Both the position numbers and the translations under genes were made by a program. Source: Bugula neritina (Eukaryota; Animalia; Bryozoa). Taken from it: 64,000 nucleotides of DNA. Shown piece after piece: positions 53,993 to 64,000 of this stretch. Location: contig OZ037766.1 in NCBI GenBank assembly GCA_964035545.1, positions 28,689,673-28,753,672 on the forward strand, read 5' to 3'. The notes beneath the pieces were generated by a model. The model saw nothing but the letters and a program-made list of their open reading frames with translations. It did no database searches and had not been told where the DNA came from. Positions within the stretch are counted from its first letter, which is position 1, and each line of letters opens with the position of its first letter.

Positions 53993-54266
53993 GATTGTTT
54001 ATGAAAATTTTGAAAAATGGAGCTGGAAGCATTTTCATGGTAATTTGTTGAAATTGAGCAGCATTGAGTGGCAGTGGAGTATAAATCTTATCAATGTCAC
54101 TTTGTTTGGTTAAAAGGATTGTCAAATTATACTCTATAGTCCAGAGTTACGATCTCATGTGAGTGTGGGTAATTGTGTCGTGGCTCTTCCTAATTGATAC
54201 GAGTTTATAGCTGAAGCTGGTTAGGTATTTTTGTAATGTTTTATCTGTGTTAGCATGTTTCATCCA

Positions 54267-54359
54267 ACACACACACACGTACACGCAAACGCACATACTA
54301 ACAGACGCACACTAACACACGCACACATGTACACACACACTCACACTTACACACACACT

Positions 54360-54435
<76 letters not shown>

Positions 54436-54455
54436 CTTTAACACACACACATGCA

Positions 54456-54496
<41 letters not shown>

Positions 54497-54535
54497 GAAC
54501 ACACTCACACACTCGAACACACTCACACACACGCA
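54267..54535. repeat. (CA)n microsatellite
   Basis: CA run with interruptions. Confidence 0.95.
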
Positions 54536-55070
54536 ACTAAAACATGCTAATGGAGATAAGACATTAGATATGAATGCCTCTCAAGCTTTGAACTATCAGT
54601 TTTATTAACTGGGAAGACAGTGCTGAACTACAGTAACTTACACACCTACATAGGCTGATAACTCTTGTCTGTAGAGTTCAACTTGACAATCTTGTCATAC
54701 AGAATAGTTACAGTCTGCACATCAAAATACTGGAGAAATTTAAATCATAACTGCTGCTGCAACATTGCTCAATATAAACAAATTATCATAAAATGCCACA
54801 GGATCTAATTTTTAAAAAATTTACAAAAAACAATTTTTTACAGAATTGATTGAAATACTGATATGTGTGCTACTGTTCAAATGTTTATAATTTTCGGGGC
54901 AATTTTTTTACCATATTTTCAGCTTTATGTGATGAACAACTTTGATTTCTTGATTAGTCTGCTCCTGATAATTAGTTTGTAGGATGTGGACGCAACTCCT
55001 TGTTATAAATTCAGTATCCGGGACATGAGAATAAAAATGTACTGCTACCTTTTATATGCTACTAGGGTGT

Positions 55071-55150
55071 AGCCACGGTTTAGTGGTTAGATAATTGGTG
55101 TAACATGACATGTGCTGGCTATATATATATATATAAAAGGTTCAAGACCA
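55071..55150 (+). mobile_element. Second, more degenerate tRNA-derived SINE-like head
   Basis: agccacggtttagtggtta matches the 51000-51070 copy. B-box-like ggttcaagacc follows a (TA)n insertion. Confidence 0.5.
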
Positions 55151-56729
55151 TTGACAATGCCAAGAATTGAGTATCTGGTTATATATGCTCCTGTGTTCTG
55201 CTAAAGATTTTTTCTAACCAGGTTATATCAGCAGGGAGAAACCTATCAAGTTAATTTCTCACCTGCAAACTTAACTTTTTATAAAGCATTCTCACAATAG
55301 CCTTCATTTAAAGCAAACTGTGGGTTAAAAGTTCAGCTTTGATTTGATGAATTTCAGTTTTAAAAGTATCTTTTTAAGATATATTCAGCTTTTTACATGC
55401 AGCTAGAGTGGTTGATTGTATCTTGTAAATTGTTATTTACCTTGTCATCTGCAGGTTATTTTCCTAAAGAACAACTTTTAAATTATAATTCTATATAATT
55501 TATTTAAACAATTAAAGTTCACTGAAATCAAACATTAATACTTTAAAGCTAAATATAGATCACATTTAGGAGCATTTAGTTATGTGTAGAACTTTATAGC
55601 AATTGGTAGATATATACTACATTTAGTTTAATTGCAATAAATTATATCTGCACTGTAAGAATTGGTATTGAGTTGGCAAGATTGATTATCAGTTTAAAGT
55701 AACCTGAAAATTATTGCAAGAATAATTGATATTAGTTTGTTATGCAAGAATTGGTATTGGTAATGCAATAATAAAGATTTATATTTGAAAAAGTGGTAAT
55801 AGCATTGAAAAATTGGTATTAGTATTGCAAGAGTTGGTACTTGTAATGCAATAACAGATTGCAAGATTTGATATTAGTATATTGCAAAAACAAATATTTA
55901 TCTTACAAGAATTGGTATTTAATTAAACACACTTGTAGAATTATATCAATCATGTTAGTAGAAAGTAGAACAAGTATAGTAAGTTATCATATATATTGCT
56001 TGCCAGGTAACTCTTTGGCATTTATACTGTTCAGTTAAAATTTTGTCCCTTCAAGTCGGTAAGACTGCTGAGCGAGTAAACCAAATGCATGGTGCATGGT
56101 GTCTTATTTTATCGGTCTTCCAGATCCACTTTCTGAGTGGTTTCTTTTGGACTTTTATCTTGGCATATCTTCTGCATGACATCATATCTTTGCTAAACTA
56201 TGCATGTCACTGCAAGTGTTTCTTATGGAAGCTTATCAGTTACTATGGTAACTTTGGACTTAAACTATGCATGTGAGTTTCAACATATACAAGGGCAAAG
56301 TGTGGCTGTTGCAGGGGGTATATCATGGTTCAATCTAACAATTTTAAAATCACATTTCATAAGTACTAATTTATTTATTTTATTTGCTTTAATTTTTAGC
56401 TATAATAAAATTGCTTAGTGTCACATTAATTTCTACATGGTAGTTACTTATAGTAGAAGGAAGCCAACAAAAAGTTAGTTATTCTTTACCTTTACAGTTT
56501 TTGACAATTTTAGCAGCTTGACCAATTTTTTTTGAATGATAAACTAAACTACTCGTAAAGTAAATACTAATGTTAAAGTTATTATGCTACATACTATACC
56601 TAAAAAATGCTTTTCAAGTGCAGATAAATCTTATTTATTTTTGTTTTTAAAACATATAATTAGAGTAATAAACACTCACTATTTTGCTCCCCTCTCTTTT
56701 AATTCCTTTCTCTTAAAATTTTTATAAAT

Positions 56730-56864
56730 TCCCTTTCCCTCCCCCTCTCTCTCCCCTCTCTCTTGTCTTTCTCCCTGTCTCTCTCCCTGTCTCTCTCCCC
56801 GACTCTCTCCCTGTCTCTCTCCCTGTCTCTCTCCCCGACTCTCTCCCTGTCTCTCTCCCTCTCT

Positions 56865-56916
<52 letters not shown>
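56730..56916. repeat. (CT)n / ctctccctgt-type purine-pyrimidine tract
   Basis: Seen directly. Confidence 0.93.
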
Positions 56917-56917
<1 letters not shown>

Positions 56918-58476
56918 GTGCAAATTTCTGCTTTGTATTTCTCCTCAAATAGTATAGCTGAACTACCTTATATGACAAACTTCACCATTACATTTAATAG
57001 TTATGATATGAATCACATTGATTTATGTGCTAGCACAATAATATTTACCCGCTGATAAAATAAGATTAATATATATTACTTTATAAGAGGTTGTGCTTCC
57101 ACCACTTATACCCTAATAAGAAGGGACAAAATTCCAACAAAGTAGATTAAATATTGTATGTAACTATATTATATAGAGAGGTATGGCTTGGCGGTTAGCA
57201 TGCGATATGCTGCTTTTTGTTGAACTTTTATTGGACAATTTGTTGATCATAGCTTTTGCATTTCTTCTGCTAACTACTAGCTAATGACCATAGAATGTTA
57301 GTGTATTATTTGGTGCTACCTGTAATAATTCTATCTGTATTATCAAATTTACTTATCATTTTACTGTTCTATTGTATGTTCTATTGCTTATTATTGTTGC
57401 TAATTATTCTTTGTTTTACTTACTATTGTACTTACTGTTACACTTACCATTATATTGGGTCACTACTGGTTAAGTTATCACAGTTGCACATCATTTGATT
57501 ATATTTTTGGTGGGCATTAAAAGTCTTCATTATGGTATATTTATTATACATACTTTGGTTTGTGTTATTCAATAAAATGTTTTCTAACATGAGTTAAAGT
57601 TTCTTTATTGGCAGTCCAACACTGCGCCAAACAGCTGAAATTAGTCACAGTTTAGTTGCTGTTTGAATGTCAGCAAACAAAAGGTATTTAGAGCAAAATA
57701 ATATAGCAACATAAGGAAAGTCAGAGATCAATAATCCATTCTCACTCAGGGAGAGACAAGCGTCTGTCAGGGTTGACAAAGCATGGCATTTCTAGTGGTG
57801 GTGTCTTGCATATCTGGTCATAAGTCTTTTGACATTGTTTTCTGAGTAGAATGTCTGTTCAGCATGAAAGCTTTGCATTCATTCAACATGGTATAGTAGG
57901 AAAGTGTAGTCAATTGGTTGGGATTTATAATATACGGAAGTCTATATTGACATCTTGCTTTGAGAAGTATTTAAACTTCGAATATAAGGTCAACGTTTAA
58001 CTAAAATAACTACTTTTTATTTAGGTTTTAATCAAAAGCTTGCATTTAATGCACCCTTGCATTGAACATTGAAGGCAACTGAGCTATTGTTTAGGTAAAC
58101 TTAAAATTAACTGAAGTTTGTAGCGACTGCTTTAATATATATACAACTACTGCATAACCATATAAACATTGAAAAACAGCTGAAGAATCAAATTGAATAA
58201 TGTTTTTCTATTAATTCACCCAAACACTGCTTTAAAATGAAATATAGCTATACCATATATGAGCTAATTTATTGCTACTGAATTATATGTGCACACATGA
58301 TAAGCATAACTTTGCTATACCATAAATGAGAAGGAGTATAGAAAATATTCAACTGTAGATTTTGCTTAAGCTGAATACATAGCTTATAAGAACTTTTATA
58401 GACTTCCTTAATTTTGACATGGAAAAGATTGAAAGACATCTAAGGCACGTCAACTCATTGTATGAAAGCATATAAT

Positions 58477-59996
58477 ATTAGCTAAACAAGATATTTTTTC
58501 AACTTCTCTTATTCCCTGTATCTACCTTTTGGGTTTATAACAGAAGCAACTTTTAAGCTGATGTAAGTACATGTTTATAGCGCAAAGCGTTTAGAGTCAT
58601 TTAAACATTTACTACTATAATATTGCTATATAATAAGTGCATGCATATATATGCAAGTATTTTCTGCCATTAGCAATGCTAGTTGAGACTATTGGGGAGA
58701 GCTGTTAGCAAAGAGGTGGCAATGAAGTGCAGTATATTTCCATGATAGAGTATTAGAAAACAAGTTAAGTTAGACTATAATATATTATAGAGAAATCCTA
58801 TAGAAGTAAAGCATACCTAAAATTAGTTTACATGAGTTAATATAAAAAGAATAAAATATTTCTATTATTCTGATAATAAACTTGTACTCAGAACTGATGA
58901 TTGAATCAGATAACACTGAATGTGACTAAATACTGATGATTATTAGTTATTCTATGATCTGATAAGAACTAGGAACTTCCTTCTTAAACTGAATACTTTA
59001 ATACACAGGCTAATAGAAACACCTGGATGTATATGTTCTACACTGTCATTAATATATTATGCAATATTCAAATATTATATTTGGAAAGATACATGCAGTC
59101 TAATAAAAACACCTGGTATTACTTTTTATACATTTCTTTATTATGTCAAGAAAAAATAAAGTTGCATGTAAGCAAAAATACTATAGAATATTGATTTTTT
59201 TCACAACAAAATTCTAAGAATCTTATTTTTAGTAATGATAGTAAACAGTGACAATTAGTGACGGTAAATAATAACAATTTAGTGACAAAGAGCATTAACA
59301 ATGATAGTAAGCGCAGGGAAGTGTAGTGAAAGTAAAAAATAACATGGTAGTAATAATAAATACAATAATGTACTGATAGTGACCGACATCAATATTATAG
59401 TGAAAATAAACAAAATTGATGTAATGATAGTAAACAATAACAAGAGAGTGAAAGTAAACAATAATAAGATAGTGATAGTGTAGTAAATTTTGGGCTATCT
59501 GTGTGAATATATTAGCTAAACAAGATATTTGTTACATTTCTCTTTCCCTGCATCTACCTATTGAGTTTATAACAGAAGCAACTTTCATGCTGACGTATAA
59601 GTACAAATTTATAGCGCAAAACTTTGGAACTATTTGAATATTTACACCTATAATATTGCTACTAAATGCATGCATATATACATGCAAGTATTTTCTGCCA
59701 TGAACAACGACAGTTGAACTTATTGGGAAAAGCTGTTAGCAAAGAGGTGGCAATGAAGTGCAGTATATTTCCATGATAGAGTGTTAGAAAGCTGGTTAAC
59801 TTACTATAATATATTATAGAGAAATCCTATAGAAATAAAGCATACCTAAAATTAGTTTACATGAGTTAATATAAAAAGAATAAAATATTTCTATTATTCT
59901 GATAATAAACTTGTACTCAGAACTGATGATTGAATCAGATAACATTGAATGTGACTAAATGCTGATGATTATTAGTTATTCTATGAGCTGATAACA
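58477..59996. repeat. ~490 bp direct duplication (58477-58965 and 59511-59996)
   Basis: Both copies begin attagctaaacaagatattt and share long identical blocks, e.g. agctgttagcaaagaggtggcaatgaagtgcagtatatttccatgatagag and aaagcatacctaaaattag...gaatcagataaca. Confidence 0.92.
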
Positions 59997-60382
59997 TCAG
60001 GAAGTTAAGTTCTCTTTACCAAAATATTTTTCATAGGAACTTCCTCTTTAGACAGAAATTGAACACAGAGTATAAAACAACACATAAAAGTGTTTTCCAC
60101 CCTGAGAGATGTTATTCTACAACAAAACTTTGAGTATATTGTACAGCTATTTATGGTACACAGTCTAAAATTGAAGATGGTAGCTAGGGTTAATGGGGAT
60201 CCTCATAATTAAGAAAAAGAAAAAAACTATTCAATTGTAAGAGTTAGTAAATATGTGTAATGATGAGTACAATTCCAATTAAGAAGTAGCTAGCTTAGAC
60301 CAGCGAGGGAACAGCCTTGGTTTAGGGGTTTCTCACAGAGATATATAAGCAACTATAAACTTGTGTGTATTTTAGTCTAAGC

Positions 60383-60772
60383 CAGGGGTGTCCAATCTTT
60401 TCAGAGCTAGGTCTACTGAAATGGAATATTCCCGTGGTGAAGGCCACATTGTAAAATTTAGCTTGATCTGGGGGTCCATGGTATAATTAGCATAATTTAA
60501 GTTGCTTATTCCAATTTCCTAAGAATCATGACATCAATGATAACTGTCTCATATCAATGTCAATGATGTCCCACTAACTACATGCATGCTGCATGTTTTG
60601 TAGCATTTATATAAGTAAGACATTTAAAAGGTAATTTTTCCACTCTAGTTCATATATATATATATGTGTGAAAACTGATTTTATTTGTTAAATTTCATGC
60701 CCTTGAAGGCCACATAAATGTAGGCTGGGAGTCCATCTGGCCCTGCATGAGGCTGCCTGTTGGACAGCCCTG
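60383..60772. mobile_element. 390 bp non-autonomous hAT-type MITE
   Basis: TIRs CAGGGGTGTCCAA / TTGGACAGCCCTG (12/13 match), typical hAT terminus. Internal repeat tgaaggccacat occurs twice. The 8 bp TSD is no longer recognisable. Confidence 0.75.
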
Positions 60773-61075
60773 TATTTTACTAATGATTGTTGCAAACCCA
60801 ATCAGTCAATAGGTTGCGAACAATTATATTTCAATGGAGTGCTGCAATGCTAAAACATAATCTAGCTTTCGAATTTGATAAAAATAAAAAGATACATTGT
60901 AGTCTTCAAAAGCCAAAACAGCACAAAAACTAGTGACAATAAAAAGTATTGTATATACTAATGTAAAGGAAGACTTATTTTGAAATTGTTAACAAACTGA
61001 ATAAAGTAGAAAAATAGATTACACATGCACTAGCTGCAGTCAATAGATGTGACTTGATCATTGGCTCCTTGTGAA

Positions 61076-61082
61076 TATAAAG
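61076..61082 (+). promoter_or_regulatory. Putative TATA box of the collagen-like gene
   Basis: TATAAAA about 160 bp upstream of the ATG, preceded by ATTGG near 61060. AT-rich context weakens the call. Confidence 0.35.
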
Positions 61083-61237
61083 GTTGTATCAATTCTGTTT
61101 ACAGTCATAACAAGGTAGAAATCGGCTGATCGATGCTATCAAAAAAGACTCTAAGAATAAAGTGAATTAGAAAGTTTTAAAGTGTTCATAATTGTGCTTT
61201 GATTTTATAAAAGTTTTGTTAAAAGAACACCATAAAA

Positions 61238-64000
61238 ATGCGTGTTCTAGTAGTAACTTTGGTCACACTCTGTTCTCTGATTGGATACTCAGCTGGTGTT
61301 GGAAGTTATGATGTAGAGGGTGTTAGAGAGTTGCTGGCAGAACAAAGAGAAGAGCTAAAAGGAGAACTGGCTGTTATTCTAAAACAACAGAATGAAACAC
61401 ATCAACAACAAATCACAGCTTTAGAGCAACAAAATACAGTTCTACTACAACAGGTTGAAACTTTACAGCTAAAAGATAAAGCTGTACTGCAAGAGTTAGA
61501 GCTTCAACAGAAAACTAATGAAGAACTGCAAGCAACAGTTTACTCCTTACTCAAAGCTGTAAGTTAGAAATATATCAGTTATATATGTTATTTTCTGCGG
61601 TGCATGGAACTTTGCTAAAATACATGCAACTTTAAACAGAGCAAAAGACATTTTTTTTTCACATATATTCATTAGCTTTTAGCTGTTGGTTCAAATTAAA
61701 TTTAAAAGCTTTAAAGCTAATGCTGTTTGAGTTTGCTATATGTGAAGAGCTGTATACAATAATTTAATTATTGAATGCTGAAAAATTGTTAATAGCTCTG
61801 GTATGTTACTCAGTTTTATTAACTTATATTTTAAGTTGCTCACTGGAGAGTTGCCTAACGCAGAAAACTTTGGAGAGACAGATAAGGAAAAGTTCCCGAG
61901 TTTGCTGGAACAAATCTGCATATTTGGTGAGCAGTTAACTTTAATTATAAATATAACAATTCAACTTTGACTAAAATAGGTTATACTGTGGAGATATTTC
62001 TGAAGTTTAAATATACCAACTATATATATTATTGTTATGCTCATATTGATATTAAATTTGCAAAAAATTAGTTATGGCTTCTCTCAATATTGCAGTTGCA
62101 ACATAAATAACTTTTATAAAATTTAAAGTACTGCATGCTTTACAATTTTTTGTGTTTGTTTTTGGTTGCATGTTATTGAAGTTTAACCATGGGCTTTAAA
62201 ATAACCAAGATTTAAAAATAGCTACATCTGACATTTTCTGTACAAAACATGTTTTTCCATTGCTATATACCTGTAAGTCGACTGATGTTATAAATTATAA
62301 TTAAACACACTTCTAGTATGAAATGAAAAAGATAACAAGCAGACTTTTTAATGAGTGTTAAAGTAACTATATACTACTATATATACTGCTACATGCTACT
62401 ACTACCACCACCACCACCACTATATACCACTACTATACCATGCACTACTACCACCATTACCACCACTATACTACCACTACTACCACCATCATCACTACCA
62501 TAACTACTATTAGTGTTATTGCTACCACTACTGCTGCTATTGCTGCTGCTACTGCAACTGCTACTACTATACTATAGTATTACTATTACTACTACTGCTA
62601 TAGTGCTACTACTACTGCTATTACTACTGCTATTACTACTGCTACTATTACTACTATTACCGCTAGGCTACCGCTACTGCTACTAATACTGTTGCTGCTG
62701 AGTGTTATACATGCAGCTACATCATCTATAATAGTTAAAAAGTTGACCTGTTAAAACACTTTATCAGGTGTTCGGGGCATTGATGGGAAAGATGGAAAAG
62801 ATGGAGGTGATGGAAGAGATGGAAGAGATGGAAGAGATGGTAGTGATGGAAATGATGGTAGTGATGGAAGAGATGGTAGTGATGGGAAAGATGGGGCAGC
62901 TGGTCTAAATGGCCGTGATGGTGAGTAATAAAAAATATAAAAAAAGCAAAACTATTTTCTGCATTTATACTATATATATAATTGGTAAATTCATAATGTG
63001 CATATAATATGTAAACAAATTGCTACCAATGTATCTTTTAGAAAATTATTAAGTGCTATAGTTATAATTTAAAAAGTAATTACCCAATTCTCTTCACTGA
63101 CAGTATTCTGCTAACTTCACAACTGCTGTGAAAAGTTTTTGCCTTACTTTGAAGAAATGAAAGTTTCTTTCATTTGAACAGAAGTTACACAAAATCAAAA
63201 AGAAGTTACATAAAATTATAAATTAAATAAAATAATGCACAAAGATTTTTCTCCAGAAGTAATTTTTTACTGAATATTTCTGCATAGAAGTTTACTCTGT
63301 ACTATCATTTGAGTTCATTATAAGTTTTTGCAATCATAGCTGTCTACAATAATTTTAATATGCTAAAAACTCACCCAAGTATTTAGCTTAGCATTTATTA
63401 ATGACAATGTTTTAACATTGCAAAGCAAAGACTAACTAGTTTTGAAAAAGAGAATTGACATGAAATTTTGCTACAGGCAGAGAAGGAGCACCAGGTTCTC
63501 CAGGTGCTCCTGGATTGAAAGGTGCTCTTGGACCGAAAGGAGAGCCAGGTAAATTAAAGAATCACTAAAAAAGTTAATGAAGGATTATATTTGAGAAATT
63601 CCAGTGTGCCATAATATTACATAATGTTTAAGTTTCATCTCACAGGGTTGAAAGGAAATCAGGGATTTAAAGGATCTCAAGGAGGGAAAGGAGAGAAAGG
63701 AAACACTGGTAGCACAGGATCAACTGGTCTAAGAGGAGCAACTGGTGCTCGTGGAGTGCCAGGAACTAATTTTGAAGGAGGTGCTGTGTACACCAGATGG
63801 GGGAGGACTAGTTGCAGTGCTGGCTCAACTAGACTTTACAAAGGTGTGTTTTTCATAACATAATTTAAGTTTAGACTGCAAGTAAATTTTAACAAATATA
63901 TAGTTGTGATGTAAAAAAAGCACAAGTTCGGCTAATAAAGTTATTTATATTTATCAAAACCATTTTGTATCACAGGCTTTGCTGGAGGATCACATTTTAC
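61238..64000 (+). CDS. Short-chain collagen C4-like secreted protein with N-terminal coiled coil, 5' part (continues past the right edge)
   Basis: Exons 61238-61558, 61836-61926, 62768-62920, 63477-63548, 63646-63843, 63976->64000. Signal peptide MRVLVVTLVTLCSLIGYSAG, Q/E/L heptad coiled coil, 39 uninterrupted Gly-X-Y triplets, then GGAVYTRWGRTSC...LYKGFAGGSHF (VYxRWGxxxC...YxGxxxG motif of short-chain collagen C4/spongin-related NC domains). Confidence 0.85.
62365..62700. repeat. (TAC/CAC/TGC)n trinucleotide low-complexity tract
   Basis: Intronic, in the collagen-like gene. Confidence 0.9.

Overview
AT-rich, intron-containing animal (invertebrate-like) genomic DNA, not prokaryotic. I hand-assembled six spliced genes; all have GT-AG introns with consistent phases. 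(1) The 5' part of an F-BAR CIP4/FNBP1/Toca-1 gene (- strand, runs off the left edge). (2) An AKAP14/AKAP28-like ciliary gene, head-to-head with it across a ~530 bp promoter with an RFX X-box. (3) A 412-aa secreted LRR protein with a GPI-like tail and an 8.5 kb first intron. (4) A 17-exon FHIP1/FAM160A gene. (5) An unrecognised 5-exon gene with an internal repeat and a Lys-rich tail, interrupted by one in-frame TAG. (6) The 5' part of a short-chain collagen C4-like gene (runs off the right edge). Non-coding DNA holds many minisatellites, a TTAA-flanked fold-back element, an older fold-back, a hAT-type MITE, tRNA-derived SINE-like heads, a ~490 bp direct duplication and microsatellites. The two most notable observations are intronic tandem repeats built from copies of the neighbouring splice site (four cases in three genes) and the amber codon in an otherwise intact orphan gene. 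Exon models come from manual reading, without RNA or database support.
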